Source of the DNA: Chlorokybus atmophyticus
Taxonomy: Eukaryota > Plantae > Mesostigma and Chlorokybus algae
Assembly: GCA_009103225.1 (NCBI GenBank)
Contig: RHPI01002262.1
Coordinates: 1,126,406 to 1,190,405, forward strand
Direction of reading: 5' to 3'
Length of the DNA stretch: 64,000 nucleotides
In this document: positions 49,970 to 60,067 of the stretch, piece after piece
How the letters are laid out: the number at the start of each line of letters is the position of its first letter
Numbering within the stretch: position 1 is the stretch's first letter
The notes under the pieces: generated by a model
Database searches by the model: none
What the model saw: only the letters and a program-made list of their open reading frames with translations
Told to the model about the DNA's origin: nothing
Program-made: the position numbers and the translations under genes

Positions 49970-52900
49970 CGAGCCATGTCACGAGACGGGCTCGAGCGGC
50001 GCTGCCCTCTTGCATCCCCATCACCTGTCTTAATGTGTTGCCCTCAGGCCTGTGCAACGTGACTGCTTGCCGGATGAGTGCGGTACGGAGTTGTTGCTCC
50101 CCCACCATACCAGCTCCTCCTCGTTGTGTGGTGTCCCCTTGCGGGGTGAGGTACCCTCGCCCTGCATCGCGTTGATCCTCAGGCATGTCTTCGACCAAAG
50201 GAGGCAGCAGCGGGGCGATTACCCCCCTCAATTGTTGCGCCAACGCCCTTGCTTGGTCTGCAACAGTTGCGTGTCCTGGCTGCTCGATGGCGATTGCCGT
50301 GGAGTACGCTGTGGTCAGCGCCGTAGAGGCGCCGGCAACATTTGCTGGCGCTATGGTCGGTACGATAACGGCGTGTGCTGCTTCGTACGCTTGTCGGCGC
50401 GCGTCCACTTGGGCAGTTTGGTCCATGCGATATCGATGGGCCTGTTCGAGTGCAGAGAAATGCTCTTGACGACTGCCTGGAGTGAGCCCCCGGAGAGCGG
50501 GATCAGCGCCCAGCGCGATGTCAGACATGGCGACCACGAGGTCTTGCATTTTGTGTCGCTGGAGGCCGAGTGGGTCCAGTGGCGAGGGCTCGAAGTCGAT
50601 CTGTTGAGCGGGCATGGGTTGCTGCGTTTGACTGGGTGCGCCCTGCAATCGTGTGTGTAATGCCAGGAACAACCGGATGGCCAGCTCCAATACCGCAGGT
50701 CGTCGGTAGGTGACCTCGAACAGACGATCTCTCATCTCTGGTGCAGTGCCGGCGAGGATTTCATCTTCCAGCTGCTGTGTTGTGGGTTCCGGCAGCGTGT
50801 GGTATTCTGGAGGCGGCAGGGGCAAAATGCGATCATCGCGTGCCACGCGCGTGGTGCGTTGCCCCCCTGGTCCGTACGCAATGGTGGTGGGCTCCACGTT
50901 GCGTAGAATCGACGCCCAGGCGCGTTCTGCTTGTGGCCCGCGTGGCACTTGCTGTGTGACGTCCAATGCTGGGGGCGGTGCCGTTCGAACCACAAAAAGT
51001 GGTGCAGTGGGTATGGCAGCACTACTGGAGGCGATGGTGGTGGCACCTGCAGCAGTCGTTGTTACTAAGGTGGCGGCTGTGAGGGTGGCAGCAGTTGCGG
51101 TTGATGTGGTCGCTTCAATGGAGGCAGGAGTGGTGGATTCACCACTTACGAACCCAACGACCATGGTTGTTGCGGCGTGGGTGCTCTCCATCACCGGGGA
51201 CAGCGTGGTGCCAAGAGTGCTGACACCTGCTGTCGTGGTCGGTGTGGACGGCGGCGGTGTCGTCGACGGCGTCGTCCCAGCGGTGGTTGTGGCTGCCGAG
51301 GCAGCACCACTTGTGGCGTCCGACGATGCCGCTGTTGACGACGCGCCAGCTTCCCTGCGCGCACGTCTGGATGGTTGTACGCGTGACGGCGTGGGAGTGT
51401 CCCTATCCCGTTTCAGTGCCATCAGTGCCCACCTAGCAGCATAGCAGGCTTGATAGTCCTGCCCCTTGTTCTCCTCCAACTGTGCCACGCGCGCCATCCG
51501 GGCTGCCACTTGGTCAATAGCCGGTGGATTGGTTGGTGCCTTTACAGCAGCAGCTCCAGCGCGAGGACGTCCCTCAAGTTCTTTGTGCCGTGGAGGGCAG
51601 TTTTTCCCTCTATAGCCAGCTTTCTCCTTGCGGGCGCCAGCGTTGTTGTTGTTATTGTTGCCGCGGTAGCCAACAACGTTGTTGCCGTTGTTGTAGCCAA
51701 TAGAGGGCCGCAGCTCAGGGAACTTGAGCCAGCATACTGTCTCCAAGTGTCCCGTCTTGTGGCAGTGGTCGCAAACAAGGTTGCCATAATCTTCGGTGCA
51801 CTCCTTTTAATAGTGGCCATGTCGACCACACCGGTGGCACAGCACTGGAGCTACAAGGGCAGTATGAGCTGACCGTTTATCCTTGTGGTGGATGCCCTGC
51901 GGCTCTCGGCTGCGGTCCCGCCGAAGAGGCTCTGCACTTGTGCCTGCCATAGAACGTGAGGCACTGCGGTTGGTGTCCAGCACCGCTTTCTCATACACTG
52001 CACGCTTATGGATGGCTTGTGCAGTCTCGAAAGCTTCCTTGAGGGTGTAGCCGAGGGGCCTGCTGTAGTTCAGCGTCAGACGCGTTGACTCACTCAGGGT
52101 GGGATCCAACTCGGCTACATACACCACTGCTGCCGCCTCCTCACTGACGATCTTGTAGTCAGTGTCTTTAAGCAACCCTTCCAACTGTGAATACAGTCGG
52201 AGGGGGTCCTCGTGGGGCTTCCGTCGAAAACGCCTCAACTCCTCCACCTTGCTGTTGGTTTGAGGTGGGAAGGTGCGCCGGAGTGCGGCGTAGAGGTCCT
52301 CCAACGGGGAGTCCGACATGGCCGCGCCCACCGTGAGCGCGGGTGCACGCAATGCCACAGAGCCGAGGGTGAAAACACTGGCTCCCGCTAGAGCACGCGA
52401 GTTCGGTGTTGGTAGCAGGGGCGTACCCATCCCCAATGCTGCAGCTTGCTGCTCCTCTTGTTGCTCCCTGATGATGGCAGCGGTGCGGTTGAGTATCCTG
52501 ATCCGGCGCTCGGCCTTCTTGCTCTCGATCTCCGCAGGCGTTCATGAGGCCACTACCACCTCAACCTCTTCATTCTCTGCCTTCTCCATGGCTGCAGCTA
52601 GAGTGAGACCCGTGACTGAGGCGGGCGGGGCCGCTGCTACAGGAACAGTAACCGATGGGCTGTGCAGTGACGTGGCGGCTATTGTGCTGGCCAACACGCC
52701 ATAGCCATCAATCTTGTGCAACTCAGCGACGGACTTCCACACATCATGTGCTTCGTGATCAAGGTATTGAGCGGACACATGAAACGATACCTCATCTGTC
52801 TAGTCCTTGCTCTTGAGGGCTTGCTGCCGCATCTTGGAGTGGAACTTGATGATGAACTCGTCAAGTGAGGTGGTGCCAGGGCGTCCGGAGAAGCGTAGGG

Positions 52901-53132
52901 AGTTGGTTGAGCTGGAAAGCTCCATCTCTTCGTCGTCACTGTCCGACGGTGGTGGAGATGCTCGTTGGCGAGGAGTGGAATGCGAGGAGGTAAAGCCGGA
53001 GACGGGGCGTGAGCCTCTGCTGCTACGGTAATCGCTCCCTTCACTTGCGCGCTCGTAGGTAAGGTTGGAGGTTGGGCTCCAGCTGTTGAGGTCCCCTTCT
53101 TCTATTGGCGAGAAAGGGGTGGGCCTGCTCAT
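49767..53132 (-). pseudogene. Inner element gag-like ORF (about 1120 codons, one frame, three premature stops) with two CCHC knuckles and a long Thr/Ala-rich extension
   Basis: ORFs 52800-53132, 52542-52778, 51807-52436 and 49767-51746 share a frame; RFSGRPGTTSLDEFIIKF; knuckles CHRCGRHGHY*KEC and CDHCHKTGHLETVC. Confidence 0.85.
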
Positions 53133-53331
53133 ACAGCTGATGCGATGGTGAAAGTGGATGAAGGGTAGAGTGTTTGTGCTCTACAATGAGATCTCCAGTG
53201 CTGCTATCACCCAACACACTAGCGCTTGTGCGCGCTATGCAATGACGGTGACAACACTGCACTGTGATGTGTACAACTACAGATTGCAATGCTAATGTAC
53301 AGCCTGCAACTACACTCACTTGAGCAAAGAG

Positions 53332-53346
53332 GGTGACACTGTAAGT
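53332..53346 (-). other. Putative self-priming site (non-tRNA PBS) of inner element
   Basis: ggtgacactgtaagt (53332-53346) is the exact reverse complement of acttacagtgtcacc (53624-53638) inside the adjacent repeat; no TGG-type PBS follows the repeat. Confidence 0.7.
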
Positions 53347-53934
53347 CAACAAGCCACTACGATAGGTAGTGCTGTTTACACAGTTCTTTGCGTGAGTGGA
53401 AGAGAAATTACACTGTTAAGTGAGGTGAATGAGCAAGCAACACGTGGATGCTATGCCCTGACTGATGCCAACAAGCACACCGCGACCAAGTACACAAAGC
53501 TCACAGCACGGACAAGCACAGTGCACGAGAACATGCACAGGCTCTCACACGATGACGGGATTCTTGGGAACCAGGACGGTGTGTTTCGTAGTTCAAGTCG
53601 CTTCACAAGCTCCTAGCTTTCTCACTTACAGTGTCACCAGCTGATCCGGTGAACACTGTGCCTACTTATAAGTCAACTCATAACTGTCCAGAACATAAGC
53701 TAACGGTCATATGGAGGCTATTTCCACAGGACATTACCACTCGATATAGAACCTGACTCACAACTGAACAGCTTTGCGCGGTGCCTATGTAGGCTATGGC
53801 CATGAGCTACTCCAGGGACATGACCTAGCTACTGGTCAGAGACGCGCGCGGGTTGCCATGCTGGTAAGCCGGGCGAGGGTCTCGCTGTAGGCATGCCCGA
53901 TGATGACTGGCATGCTTGGGCGATAGGCATGACA
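53340..53934 (-). repeat. Inner element 5' terminal repeat (B'), 595 bp, containing the predicted promoter
   Basis: Minus strand TGTCATG...GACTTACA; TATAAGTA at 53670-53663 on the minus strand, 25-32 nt upstream of 53638. Confidence 0.9.
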
Positions 53935-56494
53935 GAAGTGTAAAGGAAACCCCATTCTGTGCCAAGTCCCGTGCACTCACAGTTGTGCAACACGGGGCAA
54001 AATGCACCATTTTGGTCAAGCGGTCGACAAAAACCACAATAGCAGTGTATTTGGCTGCTGTTTCAGGTCAGTAATCAAATCCATACTGACACTATCCCAC
54101 TTTTGCTCTGAGATTGCCAACGGCTTAAGCAATCCCGCTAGTTTTTGTCGTAGTGGCTTATTACGTTGACACATATTACATGTGCGAACGTACTAATCCA
54201 CATCAGTTGACATCGATGGCCACCAGTATAACTGTTGCGCAGCTTTGAGTGTTTTGTGTTTACCCAAATGCTCAGCATACGGCGGGTCCTGCACTGATTG
54301 CAAGCATTGCTGACGCAAGTCGCCCGAGTTGGGAATTGCCAACTGCTCCCCTTTATACCATAAATTGCTGACAGCAGTAAGCTGTTGCAAGTTGGTTTGA
54401 CTGCGAAACCAATCATCTGAGGCGTAACCAGTGGACACTTCCTTAAAGAAAGGGTCTTCAGGCTGTTGCGCATTACGCGTACTCCGAGAGCGCGAAAGTG
54501 CCAAGAGAGCAGGGCTATGACTTAGTGGATCCGCCACATTGGTGCGACCCGAGCGGTATTGCCAAGTGAAAGTGAAACGAGAAATGAACTCATTCCACCT
54601 AGCTTGCCGTCTCGACAGATTCTGTTGCGTATGGAAAAATGTGAGTGGGTTATGATCAGTGATTACTAAAAACTCAACTCCTTCCAAGTAGCAACGCCAT
54701 GTGCGCAACGCGTGCACAACAACAAGCAGTTCTTGCTCAGTGGTTGTGTAATTGCGCTCGGCCGGATTGAATATTCTGCTTTCATATGCACACGGCCTGT
54801 CAATCTGTAGAAGGACAGCCTCACACCCAATGGTGGAAGCATCACTGATCATCACAAAAGGCTTGGTATGGTCGGGGAAAGCTAACACAGGGGCTTATGT
54901 TAATGCATCTTTAATGCGTGTAAACGCAACCTCGTGTGTTTCCGTCCACACAAATTTTACATCCTTACGAGATAAAGATGTTAATGGTTTTGCCATGCTA
55001 GAGTATGCTCGCATGAACTTGCGAAAATAATTAGCTAGTCCCAAGAAAGCACGTAAATGATGTACATCCTTGGGTGGTGGCCAATCCTTTACCGCACACA
55101 CCTTTTGAGGATCTGGTTTCAATCCTTCTTTGCCAATCACATGCCCTAAAAAGGGTAGTTCATCCTTTGCAAAGTTGCATTTGGACAGGTTGGCATAGAA
55201 TTTGTGTTCGCGTAACTTAGCTAGACCAATTCCACATGCCTGTGGTGGTCCTCCCGGGTTTTGCTGAACACAATAATGTCGTCTAGATAGACCAATACAA
55301 ACTTGTACAATCTATCAGCAAATACCGCGTTCATTGCTGTCTGAAATGTAGCCGGTGCATTTGTTTACCCAAATGGTAACACTTTATACTCCAAGTGTCC
55401 TAGTGGGGTGCGAAATGCAGTTTTGTATATCCGACGGGTGGATTTTGATTTGATGATAACCACTTGTCAGATCCAGTGTGCTAAACACTGTTGCACCTAA
55501 TAGCTTATCAAACAAATCATCAATCCGAGGCAAAGGATATCTGTTTTTCACAGTTACCTTGTTCAACGCACGGTAATCAACACACATGCGGAGCTTGCCA
55601 TTCTTTTTGGGCACAAACAAAATGGGTGCACAAAAAGGAGATATGCTTTTTGTCATCAAACCCTTGTCCAATAACCCTTTAAGCTGTGTTTCCATCTCCG
55701 CGTGTTCTAAGGGACTTAGCCTGTATATAGGCCGCCAAGGTGGCTTTGCCCCCTCCTCTAACGGAATGGTATGATGTATGTTTCGATCGGGAGGCAACTC
55801 TGGGAGTTCATCCTGAAATACATCTGCGTATTGTTCCGTAAGTGACTGCACCACAGGGTCACTGATAGCCTGTTCAGCAGGTGTTTCCACTTGTCGTAAG
55901 TGCAGTAAGTATACTTCCTCACGTTTACGCATGCAACGTATCAATTGCATAGCAGAGAGGAGCGGAACATTATCGCGAGCTATACATGCGAGTACAGATG
56001 CTGTTAAAGTCATCCTACGTTTCCCTTTACGAAGGGTGCACGTATTGGCTCGAGAGTCTAATTGTAAACCTGCTTCAGTGTGCCACTGTTCCAGTACAAA
56101 AACATCCACCCCGGGGATACCAATATCCACCACGATGAAGGCTGGTCGGGTTTTATGGCCATTGATAACAAAACGCCCTTTTACCTCTCCCATTGCATTG
56201 AGAGTGGAACCAGCAGCACGTACATATGACGTAACTGGTGAACGGAATGTTATTACGTTTCACCCAAGCATGTGCAATAAAGTTATGGTTTGCACAAGTA
56301 TCAATCAATGCTGTACATGGTGTACCCATAAGTTGACTCTCAAATCTCCATTTGAGTGGCATTGAGTGACCATCAAATGTAGCTAATGTTGGAGTGCCGT
56401 GATTGGTAGCAGACTTGATAAGAATCACTTGCAACGGTGAAGCTCCTGTATCTTTGCGTGAGAGTTGCATGATTACTTCTCCCCCTTTCAACAA
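53935..56494 (-). pseudogene. Outer element pol: protease, RT, RNase H and integrase N-terminal half, with several frameshifts and stops
   Basis: ALIDTCANHNFI (degenerate DTG); [11 protein letters not shown]...[11 protein letters not shown]...[10 protein letters not shown]; VYLDDI (55289-55278); ISDAST...TTEQELL...ITDHNPL; HLGKHKT; VFVDRLTKMVHF. Confidence 0.92.
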
Positions 56495-56503
56495 TCGCGA
56501 CCA

Positions 56504-57803
56504 CGGGCCATGATATCGAGATAACTACACATGCAGTGACAGCATGTTGTAATTGCAACTCGTGTAAGTGCTTAACAGCAGTTACTAATTCAGAGAATGG
56601 AACATTGATTAAAACACAACCGTTTGCATTTGTCAACACAGGTGGTGTGCTCATATCAGTCCATACATCTGATACATCATAAAGAGAGGAAACTTTATCA
56701 AGAAGTACAGAGTTTTTAAAGTCGTTCTGCTCGGCTAAGCTACCAACCACGGACAATTCCTATTTCTTGTCTCTCTGCTGCTTGGCCTTCTGTGCATTAT
56801 ATTTTGCATAGCACTTAGCCTCCCCATGACCTGTCTTCTTGCAGAAACTGCAAGTGATGATGGATTCGGCCGCGTTGTAGGGGCTAGCAGGATGAGATGT
56901 TTTCGCCTTTTTCACAAAAGCTTTGTTGTCAGTGGCCGGGCGCTTTGCAGCTGAAACCGGGGCTGCCTCTTTTGCCGTGGTTTGCATGTTTGCGTGAGAG
57001 TGCTTTACACTGTCCACAGCAGCAACCATCTGCATCAGCATTGGTAAATCCGTCGAGGCCCACTCTTGCAAACTCGCGGGGTTGACGGCCACATGGTGCA
57101 CGAGATCTGTGCCCAAGCCACGCCTGAACATATTCAGCTGATCAGCTGATCGGCTGATCGGGCCATGATATCGAGGGATAACTACACATGCAGTGACAGC
57201 ATGTTGTAATTGCAACTCGTGTAAGTGCTTAACAGCAGTTACTAATTCAGAGAATGGAACATTGATTAAAACACAACCGTTTGCATTTGTCAACACAGGT
57301 GGTGTGCTCATATCAGTCCATACATCTGATACATCACAAAGAGAGGAAACTTTATCAAGAAGTACAGAGTTTTTAAAGTCGTTCTGCTCGACTAAGCTAC
57401 CAACCACGGACAATTCCTATTTCTTGTCTCTCTGCTGCTTGGCCTTCTGTGCATTCTGTTTTGCATAGCACTTAGCCTCCCCATGACCTGTCTTCTTGCA
57501 GAAACTGCAAGTGATGATGGATTTGGCCGCGTTGTAGGGGCTAGCAGGATGAGATGTTTTCGCCTTTTTCACAAAAGGTTTGTTGTCAGTGGCCGGGCGC
57601 TTTGCAGCTGAAACCGGGGCTGCCTCTTTTGCCGTGGTTTGCATGTTTGCGTGAGAGCGCTTTACACTGTCCACAGCAGCAACCATCTGCATTAGCATTG
57701 GTAAATCTGTCGAGGCCCACTCTTGCAAACTCGCGGGGTTGACGGCCACATGCTGCACGAGATCTGTGTCCAAGCCACGCCTGAACATATGCAGCTGATC
57801 AGC
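56504..57803. repeat. Tandem duplication (about 645 bp x 2: 56504-57146 and 57159-57803) spanning gag 3' end, the stop codon and the post-gag segment
   Basis: Near-identical copies (about 12 substitutions and one 2-bp indel by eye); junction contains three short gctgatc units. Confidence 0.92.
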
Positions 57804-58592
57804 ATCACTGATAGGTAGTTTGCAAGCATTGATCTTGCTGAAAAACGATTGAAAATCCTGGATATACTGCTGAACCGGACGCCCGTTCTGACGCAGGTTG
57901 TGCAGCTGGTTGCGAGCAATTTGGGCAGGATCTGCGCCACCATAGCGCTGCTCTATGAAAAAGCACAACTGATTTACTTCCCGCCCGAGGTTTGTATCCC
58001 GTTGCTTACGGCGGTACCACTCTGCCAGAGCATCGTTTGGGATCAGCAACTCAGCTACACGCAATTTCCCCTCCTCAAAAATGTGAAGGGAGTTGACATA
58101 GTGTCGCAACTTTACAAGCCAGTCGAAGATGGCCGCTTGCTTGTTGGGAACAAACTCGGCAGGACGAGCAAGAGCTTGAACAGGTGGACCACCGTCAGCA
58201 CGTCGAAGACGCTCGATCATGTTAAGAATATGTTTGCCTTCACCCATCTGCCCCTCCCAATCTCGCTCCATAAAGGTGGTGAGCTTTGAAACTTTTTCTG
58301 CCAAAAGGAAGAGAAAGTTCACGAATGAGACAATTGCCTCACGAGGGTCCTGATCATAGGTGCTAAGAAAATGCTCCATCAAGTCCTGCTGTGTCATGCG
58401 AATAGAAAACTCAGGGAATATGGAAGGTGATCTATCATCCATTGAAGCTTCCGCAGCTTTGGCAGCTTGAGACTCATCAGGTGCATCATCTGGATTCGGA
58501 ATATCTTCCATGGATGGAAATTCCTCCTCACGGGAAGGTTGCTCTTTTTCCGAGCTCTCCCCTTTTGAGGTGGGCACCGAGTTTTCTTCCAT
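57417..58592 (-). CDS. Outer element gag, 391 aa, with C-terminal CCHC knuckle
   Basis: LHNLRQNGRPVQQYIQDF (retrotrans-gag like), FRRGL, knuckle CSFCKKTGHGEAKC, TAG at 57417-57419. Confidence 0.88.
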   Translation of the reverse strand: MEENSVPTSKGESSEKEQPSREEEFPSMEDIPNPDDAPDESQAAKAAEASMDDRSPSIFPEFSIRMTQQDLMEHFLSTYDQDPREAIVSFVNFLFLLAEKVSKLTTFMERDWEGQMGEGKHILNMIERLRRADGGPPVQALARPAEFVPNKQAAIFDWLVKLRHYVNSLHIFEEGKLRVAELLIPNDALAEWYRRKQRDTNLGREVNQLCFFIEQRYGGADPAQIARNQLHNLRQNGRPVQQYIQDFQSFFSKINACKLPISDADQLHMFRRGLDTDLVQHVAVNPASLQEWASTDLPMLMQMVAAVDSVKRSHANMQTTAKEAAPVSAAKRPATDNKPFVKKAKTSHPASPYNAAKSIITCSFCKKTGHGEAKCYAKQNAQKAKQQRDKK

Positions 58593-59476
58593 TTGTCTGC
58601 AAAACAGGCAGAATGGGATGGTGAGAACCTCACCAATGGACCAGGTTCAACGAGAGGATCAAAATGACCCCAAGTTGTAAAAGTCCCAAACAGAGTCCAA
58701 ACCAATCCCAAAATAGGAAAGGTTGGATCTGGAGTGTCACCAAACAGAACAAGTCTGAGTAGGACCAGAATGTCCTAACCCTGCGTTGTCCTCAACCAAG
58801 TCCCAATCTCCAGGCCGAAGCCAGAGGGGGAGGGTTTCAGACAAAGAGGGTTTGGGAACAGAATGTCCTAGAACCTCCCCACAACTGTTCTAACGAAGTC
58901 CCGATCTCCAGGCCGGAGCCAACGGGGGAGGGTTTGCGACCAGTTTGGTTTGGAACTTACGGATCCGGGTCAAGCGACCCGGCAAAGCCACTGGCAGGTC
59001 ACAGGTACGTCACAGGCATGCAACAGGCAAGCCACAGGCATGCAACATGCAAGCCGTACAGTGACTAATTATGACATGCACTGGCAAGCACAATGACAAG
59101 CAATCACTGCAAGCAATGATAGTGCACTAAGTGTGACAAACAGTGATGGCACACTAGCAAGCCGCAATCACCGCATGCAATGACAGGCAATCACTGCAAG
59201 CAATGATAGTGCACTGGCAAGTCACTGTGTGTAAAAGTACACACGTGCACCTGGCAAGCAGCTGACAAGCAGGCAAGCAGGCAAGTCACCGACGTGTGTG
59301 ATGGTACCTCACACGTGGAGAGGCCGCCTCTTTGATAGGTGGCTTCAACGTGGAGGTAGCGCAGGGAAGCGAACTTGAAGCTTGGGCTGCGTGGACAAAT
59401 AGGAGGCCGCCGCCGACGCCTTCTGATTGGCCGAAAGCAGGTCGCCGCCCCCTATAAGTACCCACGTCACCCCCCA

Positions 59477-59490
59477 GCTCTTGGATACCA
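59477..59490 (-). other. Primer binding site of outer element (tRNA-iMet-like)
   Basis: Minus strand TGGTATCCAAGAGC, 1 nt after the LTR end TGTTACA; compare the canonical TGGTATCAGAGC. Confidence 0.8.
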
Positions 59491-59491
59491 A

Positions 59492-60067
59492 TGTAACAGA
59501 TGCCGGCGTCGCCGCCGACAACCGTTCAATCCTCTACCCCAACACCCACACCGCCGAAGACAAGCCGTATCACACCGCCGGCAGCATGGCGCTGCAAGGG
59601 GTAGAAAACTGATTGAGGTCCCATCAGTTGATGGGCCTTTTATATCAAGAGTATATCACTATGATATATCTCAATATCGAACTCACAAGTAGATATCCTC
59701 CCTATAGATAGGGTTGCCGTTAGAGATCTCGCGTGAGCCAATCAGAGCTCAAATATCAAACGATAAGGTCCTCAACAATAAGGTACCTAACGATAGGGTA
59801 CCTAGCGACGAGGTACCTAACTTGATATCTGACTATAGTGATCGCATATATGATATGCGACACTAAATAGGCTTGATAGGCGGTTCTACACCCATTGGGA
59901 CTTATCCAAGCTATAATAGAATATCCAAGCTATAATAGAATATTATAAGCTTTGATAAGCGAGGAACCGTAGAAAAGAGGTATAAATAAGTATTTAAATA
60001 TACTTATTCATACAAAATGTGTCATTTAGGTAGCAATAATACCCCTATTATTATTGCTCCCGTTACA
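59492..60067 (-). repeat. Outer element 5' LTR, 576 bp
   Basis: TGTAAC...GTTACA inverted termini; matches 41364-41915; carries an extra ~19-bp tandem copy of tccaagctataatagaat. Confidence 0.95.

Larger units (their letters stand above)
42956..53934 (-). mobile_element. Inner Ty3/Gypsy retrotransposon encoding a C5-DNA methyltransferase and PHD finger, with split/permuted terminal repeats
   Basis: Ends TGTCGGG (42956) and CATGACA (53934); 4-bp TSD gaag (42952-42955, 53935-53938); inserted in the outer integrase. Repeat layout on plus strand: A 42956-43192, B 43193-43788, gc, A' 43791-44027, internal region, B' 53340-53934. Confidence 0.92.
41364..60067 (-). mobile_element. Outer Ty3/Gypsy LTR retrotransposon (chromovirus type), decayed, interrupted by a nested element
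   Basis: Paired LTRs 41364-41915 and 59492-60067, tRNA-iMet-like PBS, PPT, and gag-PR-RT-RH-IN-chromodomain order on the minus strand. The left end is obscured by poly-G and an N, so no TSD can be called. Confidence 0.93.

Noticed and set aside
43973-52704. Plus-strand ORFs antisense to the inner element (for example 43973-44746, 50052-50660, 50710-51444)
   Set aside because: Shadow frames of GC-rich coding sequence with no independent motifs.
53137-53319. Possible intron in the inner element 5' leader (GTGAGT ... CAG just before the gag ATG)
   Set aside because: Good-looking signals, but such matches arise by chance and no transcript evidence is available.
58790-59290. Short direct repeats in the outer element 5' leader
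   Set aside because: Common in Ty3/Gypsy leaders; not an independent feature and not CRISPR-like (no constant repeat with unique spacers).
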